From Candidatus Omnitrophota bacterium (lineage in GTDB: Bacteria; Omnitrophota; Omnitrophia; Omnitrophales; Danuiimicrobiaceae), in contig JACQQP010000172.1 in NCBI GenBank assembly GCA_016206945.1, positions 1-46,422 on the forward strand: a stretch of 46,422 bases of DNA, given 5' to 3'. The notes under the pieces are model-generated. The model ran no database searches. It was not told the origin of the DNA and saw nothing but the letters and a program-made list of their open reading frames with translations. Numbering within the stretch: position 1 is the first letter of the stretch; every line of letters starts with the position of its first letter. Shown in pieces: positions 8,223 to 18,404 of the stretch. The translations under genes were made by a program, and so were the position numbers.

Positions 8223-9208
8223 TTACCGATAGGGACCGTTTGAAGATTCGAAAAATCCTTGTTATTTCGTTAAGCAATATTGGTGATGTTATTTTGACCA
8301 CGCCGGTTGTTTCAGTTCTTCGCGACCATTTCTCCTCAAGCGAACTTATCGTCATGGTTGGCCCAAAAGGAGCCCCTGTGTTTGAAAATAGTCTCACCGT
8401 AAATGAGGTTCTTGTGTTTGATAAATCGGTTTCGTGGTTTGCGAAACTGATGTTGGTTTGGGAATTAAGGAAAAGAAAATTTGACCTCGTGATCGATCTG
8501 CGGAATACGGCCATCCCCGTTATGATCGGACCGAAATATCGAACCCCACTTTTTGTTGATCGTTCTTCAGTCTCAATGCGCGAAAGGCATTTGGATCGGC
8601 TTCGCTCTCTTATTCCGATCGAACATTCGAGAAATCAATTTAATTTTTTCACCGAAGAAGAAAAGCGATCCATGCAAGCAAAATTAAGCGCGTGCGTCGA
8701 TGGTCCGAAGGGAAATGGTTTTGTTGTGATTGCGCCTGGCGCGGGAAGTGCGCTTAAACAATGGACACTTTCTGGATTCTCTGAGCTCATCGATCATTTT
8801 ATTGGGATGGGAATGCAAATCGTTCTGGTGGGAGATGATCGGGAAGCGGCTTTGGGAAAAGCACTCGAGGACAGAGCTTCGAAGCCCGTTGCCAATTTGG
8901 TCGGAGCGCTTACGTTGAGGGAGTTAGCGGCATTGATTCAGGAGGTCACGCTTGTTGTGGCCAATGATAGTGCGGTGATGCACCTGGCCCACGAGCTTGA
9001 GCGTCCCACCGTTTCCATTTTTGGACCCACGAGTGAACAGAAATATAGTCGTGTCACAAACGGCTATAAAACCGTTCGATTAGATCTCGAGTGCACGCCG
9101 TGTGAACAAGCCCAATGTCGTTTGGAACGGCGCATGTGTTTGGATGATTTGCCCGCAAAACTGGTGATCGATGCTTGTGAAGAGCTTTTGAATGATGCGT
9201 CCCATTGA
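8219..9208 (+). CDS. GT9 glycosyltransferase (LPS heptosyltransferase family)
   Basis: The start is placed at ATG 8219, where ATGA overlaps the upstream stop. Motifs are KILVISLSNIGDVILTTPV, ANDSAVMHLAH and IFGPT. Confidence 0.85.
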   Translation: MITDRDRLKIRKILVISLSNIGDVILTTPVVSVLRDHFSSSELIVMVGPKGAPVFENSLTVNEVLVFDKSVSWFAKLMLVWELRKRKFDLVIDLRNTAIPVMIGPKYRTPLFVDRSSVSMRERHLDRLRSLIPIEHSRNQFNFFTEEEKRSMQAKLSACVDGPKGNGFVVIAPGAGSALKQWTLSGFSELIDHFIGMGMQIVLVGDDREAALGKALEDRASKPVANLVGALTLRELAALIQEVTLVVANDSAVMHLAHELERPTVSIFGPTSEQKYSRVTNGYKTVRLDLECTPCEQAQCRLERRMCLDDLPAKLVIDACEELLNDASH

Positions 9209-10247
9209 ATGCACCAACCTCAAGCGAATTTTAGTGACCCGTACGGATCGAATCGGTGATGTTGTTTTGTCGACGCCTGTTTTTCAGGCGGTCAAGGAAA
9301 GATATCCTGAGAGCCATCTTGCGGCCCTTGTCCTTAAAGAAACGGAGGCCGTTGTTCGCGGCAATCCCTCGCTGAACCAAGTGATTGTCTATGACAAAAA
9401 AGGACATGAGAAAAGCTGGTGGCGAAGCTTTTTATTTGGTGTCAGATTAAGAAAAGAGAACTTTGACATTGTGATTCACCTTCACCCCACGAACCGGGTT
9501 CATTTCATTTCGTGGCTTGCCAACATTCCCGTTCGCATCGGTTATCGGCGAAAAAACCATTATCTTCTCACTCATGTTATTGAAGAGAAAAAGTGGGAAG
9601 GAAGAAAACACGAAGCCGAATACAATTTTGATCTCCTCGCGTTGATTGATGTTTCCAAACCTGAGGAACTTGAGCTTTATTTCCCGCTGCAGGATAAAGA
9701 TCGTGAACTGTTGATGAACGTGTTGCCTTCGGGTTTTAATGGGAATCATTACGTCGTGTTTCATCCGAGTGCCAGTTGTATTTCGAAAAGGTGGTCTCCT
9801 GAACGATTGGCAAACGTGGCGGACCGCTTGGTGCAAAATTATGGCGTGCGAGCCGTTATTGTTGGGGAAGGAGCGGGGACTTTACATGCCGCACAAATGC
9901 AGAAATTTATGAGGAAAGAAGCGCTTAATTTGGGGGGAAAACTAAATCTGGGCATGCTCGCTTGGCTTTTGAAGGGTGCGCGGCTTTTGATTTCCAATGA
10001 TTCAGGACCTGTTCATGTTGCCTCTGCGGTGGGAACGCCTGTGATTTCAATTTTCGGCAGGAATCAACCTGGTCTAGGCACGACGCGTTGGAGGCCCATT
10101 TCGCCAAACAGTTCTTTCCTTCAAAAAGATGTCGGATGCATTGAATGTCTCGCCCATAATTGTCAAATTGATTTCAAATGCCTTAAAGACTTACAAGTAG
10201 AAGAAGTGCTTGAGGAAGCGAAGCGGTATGAGCCATTTTTGGTTTAG
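9192..10247 (+). CDS. GT9 glycosyltransferase (LPS heptosyltransferase family)
   Basis: Motifs are RILVTRTDRIGDVVLSTPVFQAVK, SNDSGPVHVASAVG and IFG. It overlaps the upstream gene by 17 nt. Confidence 0.85.
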   Translation: MMRPIECTNLKRILVTRTDRIGDVVLSTPVFQAVKERYPESHLAALVLKETEAVVRGNPSLNQVIVYDKKGHEKSWWRSFLFGVRLRKENFDIVIHLHPTNRVHFISWLANIPVRIGYRRKNHYLLTHVIEEKKWEGRKHEAEYNFDLLALIDVSKPEELELYFPLQDKDRELLMNVLPSGFNGNHYVVFHPSASCISKRWSPERLANVADRLVQNYGVRAVIVGEGAGTLHAAQMQKFMRKEALNLGGKLNLGMLAWLLKGARLLISNDSGPVHVASAVGTPVISIFGRNQPGLGTTRWRPISPNSSFLQKDVGCIECLAHNCQIDFKCLKDLQVEEVLEEAKRYEPFLV

Positions 10248-11391
10248 CAAAGCAGCCTTGGATCCAACGGCATCCTTAGAGCGGGTTTTGCTCATTCACC
10301 CGTTTGGAATTGGGGATGCTCTTTTCATAACGCCTGTGATACGCGCTCTGAAAGAAAGCGGTGTCAACCAGATCGATCTGTTACTTGGAAGTAGAACAAG
10401 GGATATTTTTGAAACCAATCCTCATGTTCATCAAATTTTTGAGTGGGATAAATCTTTGGTTACCGGTTTTTCGATGAAGTGGGGTCGTTTCAAAAGATTA
10501 GTGGCACTTTTTTTGAAACTTTGGCGGAACCGCTATCAAGTTTGCGTTGATTTTTCTCCAAGAGCTCAGTACGCTTTCTTGGCCTGGGCTATTTTTTGGA
10601 TTCCCATCCGTATTGGTTTTAATTTTAAGAGGCGCGGATTCTTTTTAACGCACAAGAAGGATTTGCGTCAGGGTTTTTCCAGAAAACCAGTTTTGGAATA
10701 TTATTGCGACCTTCTCCATTTTCTAAATATTCAAGTGTCAAATAGACGCACAGAATTTTTCTTAACCGATGAGAATCATGAAAATGGCAACGTGATTTTA
10801 AGAAAGCTTGGGCTCGACAACGATCGACCGTACCTGATTGTCGTTCCGGGCGGAGGCGAATCCTGGGGTCCCGATGCTCGCCTGAAACGCTGGCCCGTAG
10901 TTTACTTTGGGAAGTTAATCCGCAGTTTGTATCAAGATCGCCGTTCGGTTTTTGAAAAAGTTTTGATCCTTGGCGGACGCAAGGAACATTCCTTAGGGAC
11001 TGAACTTTTGCAGGAATTGGGTGGCGTGAGCGCTCACAATCTTTGTGGTTCAACGTCCATTCGAACCGCTGGCGCCTTGATTGAAAAAGCGGCATTTCTC
11101 CTAGCAAATGACGGCGGATTAGTTCATTTGGCGCATGCCCTGCATACTCCTTTAATTGCCTTGTATGGCCCAGTTGATCCTCAAGTGTATGGCCCTTATC
11201 CTTTGACTTCTGAAGCCCTTGTGATTACGAATGAAGGTCCGGCTTGCCGTCCTTGTTATCAGCAGTTTCGATATCAGGCAAGTTGCGTGGGTGTTGAATG
11301 TTTGGCGGCATTATCGGTTGAGCGCGTTTTGGAGAAAATTAGGTCATCACGCTTTCTTGAGCGATTGCAACCAAATTTAGTCTCAAGATAA
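10228..11391 (+). CDS. GT9 glycosyltransferase (LPS heptosyltransferase family)
   Basis: Motifs are VLLIHPFGIGDALFITPVIRALK, ANDGGLVHLAHAL and LYGP. The ATG at 10228 is preferred over the track start 10210. Confidence 0.8.
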   Translation: MSHFWFSKAALDPTASLERVLLIHPFGIGDALFITPVIRALKESGVNQIDLLLGSRTRDIFETNPHVHQIFEWDKSLVTGFSMKWGRFKRLVALFLKLWRNRYQVCVDFSPRAQYAFLAWAIFWIPIRIGFNFKRRGFFLTHKKDLRQGFSRKPVLEYYCDLLHFLNIQVSNRRTEFFLTDENHENGNVILRKLGLDNDRPYLIVVPGGGESWGPDARLKRWPVVYFGKLIRSLYQDRRSVFEKVLILGGRKEHSLGTELLQELGGVSAHNLCGSTSIRTAGALIEKAAFLLANDGGLVHLAHALHTPLIALYGPVDPQVYGPYPLTSEALVITNEGPACRPCYQQFRYQASCVGVECLAALSVERVLEKIRSSRFLERLQPNLVSR

Positions 11392-11393
11392 AG

Positions 11394-12212
11394 ATGAAAT
11401 TAAGCAACTATTTCTTTTTGATCTTCCTGTTTTTTTCGTCGGTAGGTTTTCAAGGATGTGGCGGAGTCAAAACTCAGAAATTAAATCTGGTTGCCAATGA
11501 GGTCAAGAGTCAGATTGTCGGGAATGCACCTTTTACGATTCAAGAAGGGGAGAAGCTTCGGTTTAGCGTTCGGTGGCTTGGCATGGAAGTGGGCACCGCT
11601 GAAGCAGTGGTCAAAGGAATTGAGAAAGTCAACGGGCGGGACGCCTATCATATTGCGGCTTATGCCCGCTCGAACTCCTTGATCGACCTGATTTATCCGG
11701 TTCGTGATGAGCACCATACCTATGTGGACACGGAACATTTTCATTCGCTCCGCTACGAAAAAATTCTCCGGGAGGGAACTTTTCGTGCTGACGAAGTGAT
11801 GGAATACGATCAGGAAAATCATACCGCAACCTATTTCTCGAGGAAGAATAAAACCAAGAAAAAAATGTTTATTGCAAAGAACACCCATGACCAGGTTTCC
11901 GCCGCCTATTGGTTTCGTACGCAGCCGATGAAGATAGGAGATAGGATTCATATTCCTGTCGAAGCTGACGAGAAAAATTGGGATTTAGAAGTTCGCGTGA
12001 CTCAAATGGATCGGGTTGAAATCAAAGGACTGGGGACTTTTGATGCATTTCAAATCGAACCGATGGCCAGTTTTCAAGGAATTTTTATTCGACGCGGAAA
12101 AATCCGCGGCTGGTTGGGAACTGACGAAAAACGACTTCCCCTGATGATGAAAACTAAAGTCCCTGTTCTTGGGACAGTTACTGTTGTATTAACTCGTTAT
12201 GAGGGTTGGTAG
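11394..12212 (+). CDS. DUF3108-like lipoprotein
   Basis: A signal peptide with the lipobox FQGC is present (MKLSNYFFLIFLFFSSVGFQGCGG). The stretch GEKLRFSVRWLGMEVGTAEAVV...YPVRDEH fits the DUF3108 pattern as I recall it. Confidence 0.65.
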   Translation: MKLSNYFFLIFLFFSSVGFQGCGGVKTQKLNLVANEVKSQIVGNAPFTIQEGEKLRFSVRWLGMEVGTAEAVVKGIEKVNGRDAYHIAAYARSNSLIDLIYPVRDEHHTYVDTEHFHSLRYEKILREGTFRADEVMEYDQENHTATYFSRKNKTKKKMFIAKNTHDQVSAAYWFRTQPMKIGDRIHIPVEADEKNWDLEVRVTQMDRVEIKGLGTFDAFQIEPMASFQGIFIRRGKIRGWLGTDEKRLPLMMKTKVPVLGTVTVVLTRYEGW

Positions 12213-12214
12213 AC

Positions 12215-13081
12215 ATGACGTTTATGAGGAAGTGGTGGCTCTGGACTGCTCTGCTTTTATTTGGAGCTTTGGCCATTATATTCTTCACCTTCCCGATAAA
12301 AGGACATATTCCGGTTCTCATGTATCACTTAATTTTGCCGAAATCCGAGGTTGGACATAATTCATTTCATGTCAGTATTGAGAGTTTCGAGCGTCAAATG
12401 TGGTTCTTAAAAACGTTTGGATACCGGACAATTTCGCTCGATGAATATTATGAGATTAAAACGGGCGAGCGGAAACCTCGCGGAAGGGAAGTGCTCATCA
12501 CGTTTGATGATGGACATAGATCCTATGCCGATGCAGCACTCCCCATTTTAGAACGTTACCAGATTCCTTCAGTGAATTTTTTGATTTGGGAACACGCGAC
12601 AGACAAGTTTTGGAAAGATTATATGACCTTGGAAGAAGCAAAGCGGATCGCTGATCATCCCTTGGTTACGTTTGGATCCCATACGATCAGTCACCCCAAT
12701 CTAACCGCAATTTCTTCCGAACAAGCATGGTTTGAGATCAAAGCATCAAAAGACGAATTTGAAGATGCCTTCCAGAAGCCATTTCATTATTTTTGTTATC
12801 CAGAAGGTTCTTTTAACGAAGAAGTCATTCAGTTGGTTGAAAAAGCGGGTTATCGTCTTGCTTTTAAAACATCACTGAAACACTTGGAAGGGTTTCCTCA
12901 AACTTCTTATACGCTCCGTCGCATCAAAGTGCGGCAGAGGGGTGATCTCCTTGCTTTCTGGTTTAGCGTAGCTGGGTTCACAGATTATGTCAATGGGACA
13001 AGGACTTTTTTCCGTCAATTGACAGCTAATAAAGTGAATGATAAACTGATTGCTCATAAGCCGATCTATAAAACAACATAA
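12215..13081 (+). CDS. Polysaccharide deacetylase (NodB-homology domain), membrane anchored
   Basis: It has an N-terminal TM helix, the ITFDDGHRSY motif and the later SHTISHPNL His motif of CE4 deacetylases. The start is ATG 12215 (the track's TTG 12206 is an alternative). Confidence 0.8.
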   Translation: MTFMRKWWLWTALLLFGALAIIFFTFPIKGHIPVLMYHLILPKSEVGHNSFHVSIESFERQMWFLKTFGYRTISLDEYYEIKTGERKPRGREVLITFDDGHRSYADAALPILERYQIPSVNFLIWEHATDKFWKDYMTLEEAKRIADHPLVTFGSHTISHPNLTAISSEQAWFEIKASKDEFEDAFQKPFHYFCYPEGSFNEEVIQLVEKAGYRLAFKTSLKHLEGFPQTSYTLRRIKVRQRGDLLAFWFSVAGFTDYVNGTRTFFRQLTANKVNDKLIAHKPIYKTT

Positions 13082-13114
13082 GTTATTTATTTATAATGGA
13101 TAAGATCAAATTCT

Positions 13115-14164
13115 GTGAAGCATAGATTTGTTTCCTTGAATGGAAAGAACGCGAAGTCGTTCTCCAAATGGATAGATCGTTTTCCGGATACCAAGATTTT
13201 GGTGATTGGTGATTGGATTTTGGATGAATTTGTTTGGGGGACGGTAGAGCGCATTTCTCCAGAAGCTCCGGTACCTGTGGTCTCGGTGACTCGGGAATCG
13301 TTTGTTCCAGGCGGAGCCTTGAATGTCGCAAATAACATACGCACCTTAGGCGGCACTGTTTTTCCTTGTGGTCTTGTTGGGCGCGATCTTCGCGGGCGCA
13401 TGCTGGTCAAGGTGATGCGAAAGGAAGGCATCGATACGGGAGGTGCTATTTATGATCATGGCCGCCCTACAACGCTCAAGACCCGTGTCGTGGCTCATTC
13501 TCAGCAAGTAGTTCGTTTTGACCGTGAAGATCGTCGGGACCTGAGTCGGGAGCATCTCAAGAAAGCGTTGACCTTCATCGAAAGGATATTGGAGAACGTT
13601 GACGCTGTTGTTATCGAAGACTACGGAAAGGGAATGATTACCCCGGAACTTTTAACGCATCTTTTAAGAGAAGCAAAGTCATTGAAGAAACCCGTTCTCG
13701 TTGATCCTAAGGAAAAACATTTTTCATATTATCGGGGTGTGACTGCCATTACACCGAATAGGAGGGAAGCACTCAGTGCTTATGGGCAGAATGCAGATGG
13801 ACACGTTCCTCATTTAAATGAAGTAGGGCAAAAATTGCTTAGGCAATTTTCCTGTGAAGCCGTGTTAATCACCCTGGGTGAGGAGGGAATGATTCTTTTT
13901 GAGAAAAATGGAGCCATTACAAGGATTCCGACTGCGGCTCAAGAGGTATACGACGTTTCAGGTGCGGGTGATACCGTGATCGCTGTATTCGCCATGGCCG
14001 TTGCGGCGCGTGCCCCAATGAAAGAAGCGGCAGTGCTTGCCAATTGCGCGGCCGGTGTTGTCGTTGGAAAGTTGGGAACGGCGACGCTCACTCGAGAAGA
14101 ATTAAAGGCCGCTTTGCCTGCTTTGTCAAATCTGAGAAGAAAGAGGTCATTGACGCGTGTCTAG
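13115..14164 (+). CDS. hldA: D-glycero-beta-D-manno-heptose-7-phosphate kinase (RfaE domain I only, PfkB family)
   Basis: Motifs are ILVIGDWILDEFVWGTVERISPEAPVPV and DVSGAGDTVIA (the PfkB signature). At 349 aa there is no adenylyltransferase domain II. The start is GTG. Confidence 0.85.
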   Translation: MKHRFVSLNGKNAKSFSKWIDRFPDTKILVIGDWILDEFVWGTVERISPEAPVPVVSVTRESFVPGGALNVANNIRTLGGTVFPCGLVGRDLRGRMLVKVMRKEGIDTGGAIYDHGRPTTLKTRVVAHSQQVVRFDREDRRDLSREHLKKALTFIERILENVDAVVIEDYGKGMITPELLTHLLREAKSLKKPVLVDPKEKHFSYYRGVTAITPNRREALSAYGQNADGHVPHLNEVGQKLLRQFSCEAVLITLGEEGMILFEKNGAITRIPTAAQEVYDVSGAGDTVIAVFAMAVAARAPMKEAAVLANCAAGVVVGKLGTATLTREELKAALPALSNLRRKRSLTRV

Positions 14165-14912
14165 GCAGGAAGCGGTCTGCATTATTCCAGCTCGTCTGGA
14201 ATCGACTCGGTTTCCAAGAAAACTCCTCCAAGTCATTGAGGGTAAACCGTTACTTCAATTCGCTTATGAAAGTGCGAAGAGGGCAAAGCGGCTTGGGCAC
14301 ATCGTTGTCGCCTGCGATCACGAGTTAATTAAAGACTCGGTCCAATCCTTCGGCGGAGAAGCGATTTTGACGGCACCACATCATACGAGCGGCACCGAGC
14401 GGATTGCCGAGGTTGCAAGCGGATTTGCGTGTGAATTTATTGTGAATCTTCAAGGGGACGAACCTTTAATGCATTCGAGCGTGATCGATCAAATTGTGGA
14501 AGTTTTGCAGAGTGATTCATCCTGTGTTATGTCAACCGCCTGTGTTCTTAAGAATGATCCCGAGGAATTTTTAAACCCAAACGTTGTAAAGGTAACCAGG
14601 GATCAAAATGGTTGGGCGCTTTATTTTTCTCGCTCGCCGATTCCGTATGATCGTGACCAACGCGCGCACCCGTATTTCAAACATCTGGGGATTTATGGTT
14701 ATCGACGTGAATTTCTTTTGCAGTTTCCAAAACTTCCACCGTCGACTTTAGAACAGCGTGAAAAGTTGGAGCAACTGCGAGCGCTTGAGAATGGATATCG
14801 GATTAAAGTGGTAGAAACCGTGCATGATTCAATCGGGGTAGACACGGAGGAGGATTTCCAGATCGTGAGAAAGCGACTTGCTTCGGATCGGATAGGAGCG
14901 CGCAGTGCCTAA
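14157..14912 (+). CDS. kdsB: 3-deoxy-manno-octulosonate cytidylyltransferase (CMP-Kdo synthetase)
   Basis: Motifs are [25 protein letters not shown] and GVDTEEDF. The GTG start overlaps the upstream gene by 8 nt. Confidence 0.9.
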   Translation: MSRQEAVCIIPARLESTRFPRKLLQVIEGKPLLQFAYESAKRAKRLGHIVVACDHELIKDSVQSFGGEAILTAPHHTSGTERIAEVASGFACEFIVNLQGDEPLMHSSVIDQIVEVLQSDSSCVMSTACVLKNDPEEFLNPNVVKVTRDQNGWALYFSRSPIPYDRDQRAHPYFKHLGIYGYRREFLLQFPKLPPSTLEQREKLEQLRALENGYRIKVVETVHDSIGVDTEEDFQIVRKRLASDRIGARSA

Positions 14913-16584
14913 GCATATATTTATTACGGGAGGCGTTGTTTCGTCGCTCGGAAAAGGAATAGCTTCCGCCTCGATCGGGAAACTTTTGGAAGCAAAAGGT
15001 CTGAAAGTCTGTATGCAAAAGTTGGATCCTTACATCAACGTGGATCCTGGAACCATGAGTCCCTATCAGCATGGTGAAGTATATGTGACGGAGGACGGGG
15101 CGGAGACGGATCTCGACCTGGGTCATTATGAGCGCTTTACCAATAGCCCCATTGGAAAGCTCAATAATGTCACGACGGGTCAGGTTTACTATTCGGTCAT
15201 CATGAAGGAGCGCCGCGGTGATTATTTGGGCGGGACCGTTCAGGTCGTTCCGCACATTACGGATGAAATCAAGGAGCGGATTCGTGCCGTTTCGCGCGGG
15301 AAGCGTTACGATATCGTCATTTCAGAAATTGGCGGGACGGTCGGTGATATCGAATCTCTTCCGTTTTTGGAAGCAGCCCGTCAATTTCGACAGGAAGAAG
15401 GGCGCGAAAACGTCATTTTTATTCACCTCACATTGGTTCCGTTCATCCGAGCCGCGGGCGAACTGAAAACGAAACCCACCCAACACAGCGTTGGAACCTT
15501 GCGCGAAATTGGTATCCAGCCCGATATTCTCCTATGTCGAACTGAAAAAAGGCTCTCCAAGGATTTGCGCTCGAAAATTGCGCTCTTTTGTAACGTTGAT
15601 CCTGAGGCGGTCGTGGAAGCGCGCGATGTGCGTTCTATTTATGAAGTGCCTCTTTTTCTTAAGGAACAGGGTCTTGATCAAGTGATTTGTCGTTATCTAC
15701 ATATGGAGTATAAAGCGGGTAATTTAAATGATTGGAAAAAAGAGGTTGTCGACCGGGCACTTTTTCCGAAATACCAAGTGACCATCGGAGTAGTCGGAAA
15801 ATATGTGGAGCTTCAAGATGCTTACAAATCACTTTACGAGGCATTAAGACATGCAGGAATTGCCAATGACAGCCGTGTGGTGATCAAACGCTTTAACTCG
15901 GAGCGGTTGCTTAAAAGTACCGTTGAGCGTGACTTAGCTAAAGTCGACGGCGTTTTGGTGCCTGGCGGCTTTGGAAATCGCGGGATAGAGGGTAAGATTC
16001 GAGGGATCCGATACGCACGCGAACATGGCGTGCCTTTCCTCGGGATTTGCTTGGGCATGCAATGTGCTGTCATTGAATATGCCCGAAACGTCCTGGATTT
16101 CAAAGGAGCCAATTCAACGGAATTTAATAAAAAAACACCCTATCCTGTCATCAGTTTGCTTGAGGAGCAAGAAGAAGTCACAAACTTGGGAGGCACCATG
16201 CGTCTCGGCTCATCCTTGTGTGAAGTGAAGCACGATACGTTTGCTTATGAGGCCTATGGAGCAGAAGAAATCTATGAGCGCCATCGTCATCGTTACGAGT
16301 TTAATAATAAGTATCGGGAGGCGTTCGTAAAAAACGGTTTCCGCTTTTCCGGACTTTCCCAAGGTGGGAAGCTGGTCGAAATGATCGAGGTAGAAAACCA
16401 TCCCTGGTTTGTGGCGGGCCAATTTCATCCTGAGTTTAAATCGAAGCCCGACAAACCCCATCCTCTTTTTAAGGCGTTTGTTGCCAAGGCGCTTGAATTG
16501 AAACGTAGCGGAACGAAGAAAGAGATTGATCGTAGAACTGAAGAAGTTCAGGAAAAGGTTTATGAAGCAAGTTCGGCTGGGTAA
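14905..16584 (+). CDS. pyrG: CTP synthase
   Basis: Motifs are [30 protein letters not shown] and the glutaminase motif GICLGMQ. Confidence 0.95.
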   Translation: MPKHIFITGGVVSSLGKGIASASIGKLLEAKGLKVCMQKLDPYINVDPGTMSPYQHGEVYVTEDGAETDLDLGHYERFTNSPIGKLNNVTTGQVYYSVIMKERRGDYLGGTVQVVPHITDEIKERIRAVSRGKRYDIVISEIGGTVGDIESLPFLEAARQFRQEEGRENVIFIHLTLVPFIRAAGELKTKPTQHSVGTLREIGIQPDILLCRTEKRLSKDLRSKIALFCNVDPEAVVEARDVRSIYEVPLFLKEQGLDQVICRYLHMEYKAGNLNDWKKEVVDRALFPKYQVTIGVVGKYVELQDAYKSLYEALRHAGIANDSRVVIKRFNSERLLKSTVERDLAKVDGVLVPGGFGNRGIEGKIRGIRYAREHGVPFLGICLGMQCAVIEYARNVLDFKGANSTEFNKKTPYPVISLLEEQEEVTNLGGTMRLGSSLCEVKHDTFAYEAYGAEEIYERHRHRYEFNNKYREAFVKNGFRFSGLSQGGKLVEMIEVENHPWFVAGQFHPEFKSKPDKPHPLFKAFVAKALELKRSGTKKEIDRRTEEVQEKVYEASSAG

Positions 16585-17434
16585 TATTATTTTCGGCGAT
16601 CCAAACCAGTTTGTGTTCATTGCGGGGCCCTGTGTCATCGAAGGAGAAGAGAGCACACTTCGGCATGCCGAGCGAATTTCTAGGATGGTACAAGAACTCA
16701 ATATTCCTTATGTGTTTAAGTCGAGTTACGACAAAGCGAATCGTTCTTCAATCCATTCTTATCGAGGTCCTGGAATTGAGGACGGACTTAAGATTCTTGC
16801 GAAAGTAAAGAAGGAATTTCAAATTCCTGTTTTAAGCGATGTCCATACCGTTGAGGAGGTCGACCGAGCGGCCGAAGTACTCGACATTCTTCAAGTGCCT
16901 GCCTTTCTTTCCCGCCAAACAGATCTCGTCGTTGCCTGTGCAAAGACTCGAAAAATCGTGAATGTGAAAAAAGGACAATTTCTTTCTCCATGGGACATGA
17001 AGAATGTCGTTGAAAAGATTGAGTCGGTTGGAAACAAAAATATTTTATTAACCGAGAGAGGCGCTTCCTTTGGTTATCGGAATTTAGTCAGCGATTTCCG
17101 GTCGATTCCAATTATGCAAGGTTTTGGTTATCCCGTTGTTTTTGATGTGACTCACTCGGTTCAAATCCCGGGCGGTTTAGGACATGCTTCGGGAGGGCAA
17201 GCCGAATTTATTCCTACGTTGGCACGATGTGCCGTTGCGGCCGGGGTGGACGCCGTTTTCATGGAGGTTCATGAAAATCCCAAGGTCGCCAAATCGGATG
17301 GGCCCAATAATTTAGCGCTTTCTGATTTAAAAGATATTCTTCAAGTTTTGAAACGGATTCGTGCAGCAGCACCTTTAGTCAGAGAAGAAACTTCGAAAAG
17401 GAAGCGTTCACTCAAAAAAACGGTGACGGTGTGA
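16562..17434 (+). CDS. kdsA: 3-deoxy-8-phosphooctulonate synthase (Kdo-8-P synthase)
   Basis: The start is at ATG 16562 (MKQVRLGN), inside the track ORF 16526. Motifs are [20 protein letters not shown] and FDVTHSVQ. It has a basic C-terminal tail. Confidence 0.9.
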   Translation: MKQVRLGNIIFGDPNQFVFIAGPCVIEGEESTLRHAERISRMVQELNIPYVFKSSYDKANRSSIHSYRGPGIEDGLKILAKVKKEFQIPVLSDVHTVEEVDRAAEVLDILQVPAFLSRQTDLVVACAKTRKIVNVKKGQFLSPWDMKNVVEKIESVGNKNILLTERGASFGYRNLVSDFRSIPIMQGFGYPVVFDVTHSVQIPGGLGHASGGQAEFIPTLARCAVAAGVDAVFMEVHENPKVAKSDGPNNLALSDLKDILQVLKRIRAAAPLVREETSKRKRSLKKTVTV

Positions 17435-17442
17435 TGGGATGA
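17428..17442 (+). promoter_or_regulatory. Extended SD + start box GGTGTGATGGGATGA (native junction, no cassette)
   Basis: The kdsA stop TGA lies at 17432-17434 inside the box. ATG 17439 starts kdsD. The GTGATGGGATGA core matches 1776-1787. Confidence 0.6.
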
Positions 17443-18404
17443 AACAAGACCGCTTGCTTGCGAAAAAAATTCTGAGGACGGAGGCTCAAGCCATTCACAA
17501 ACTCATGACGCGAATTAACCGTGAGTTTGAGGAAGCGCTTGATCTATTGGAGCGCGCCAGCGGCCGTGTCATTGTGACGGGAATGGGAAAGCCCGGTTTC
17601 ATCGCTCGCAAAATCGCGGCTACGTTTGCTTCTACGGGAACTCCCAGTCTCTTCCTGCATCCAGCGGAGGCGGTTCACGGCGATCTTGGAATGGTGACAA
17701 GACAGGATGTAGTCCTTGCTATTTCCAATAGCGGAGAGACGGAGGAAATCACAAAATTGCTCTCTACGATTAAAAAGATTGGGGCCAAGCTGATTGCTTT
17801 GACGGGCAATGTTAAGTCTACGTTGGCGAAAAATTCCGACGTCGTATTGAACATTGGGTTAGAAAAGGAAGCGTGTCCTTGGAATTTAGCTCCTACCGCA
17901 TCAACGACAGCATCTTTAGCCATGGGTGATGCATTGGTCATTTGTTTGGCAAAGAGAAAGGGGTTTCGCGAAGAGGACTTCGCCTTTCTTCATCCTGGAG
18001 GCAACCTCGGCAAGAAATTACTTAAAGTGCGTGATTTAATGAGGCGGGGAAAGTCACATCCGATTGTGCCCGGAACGGCGACAGTGAAAAAAGCGCTCTT
18101 GGCCATTACCAGTGCTCGCGCAGGTTCCTGTACCGTTGTGGATCGAGATGGAAAACTCAAGGGAATTTTTACGGATGGAGATTTAAGGCGCCATCTTAAG
18201 GAAAATGGCGTATCAATTTTGTCACAGCCAATTGAACCTTTTGCAACGAAACAACCCGTGACCATTCAAGAGGACAGATTAGCTGCGGAGGCGCTTCAAC
18301 TTTTGCGCGATCGGCACATTGATGAGTTGCCAGTTGTTGACCGTAAAGGGCGCGCCGTTGGCCTGCTGGATGTGCAGGATCTGTTAAAAGCAGGCTTTGT
18401 GTGA
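17439..18404 (+). CDS. kdsD: Arabinose-5-phosphate isomerase (KpsF/GutQ family: SIS domain + tandem CBS)
   Basis: The SIS motif VIVTGMGKPGFIARKIAATFASTG and the GETEE motif are present. The C-terminal CBS pair includes LPVVD. Confidence 0.9.
   Translation: MKQDRLLAKKILRTEAQAIHKLMTRINREFEEALDLLERASGRVIVTGMGKPGFIARKIAATFASTGTPSLFLHPAEAVHGDLGMVTRQDVVLAISNSGETEEITKLLSTIKKIGAKLIALTGNVKSTLAKNSDVVLNIGLEKEACPWNLAPTASTTASLAMGDALVICLAKRKGFREEDFAFLHPGGNLGKKLLKVRDLMRRGKSHPIVPGTATVKKALLAITSARAGSCTVVDRDGKLKGIFTDGDLRRHLKENGVSILSQPIEPFATKQPVTIQEDRLAAEALQLLRDRHIDELPVVDRKGRAVGLLDVQDLLKAGFV

Noticed and set aside
13092-13097. A TATAAT hexamer upstream of the heptose kinase gene.
   Set aside because: There is no acceptable -35 at 16-18 nt, and the hexamer lies in a generally AT-rich 30-nt spacer. 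The leader would be only ~10 nt.
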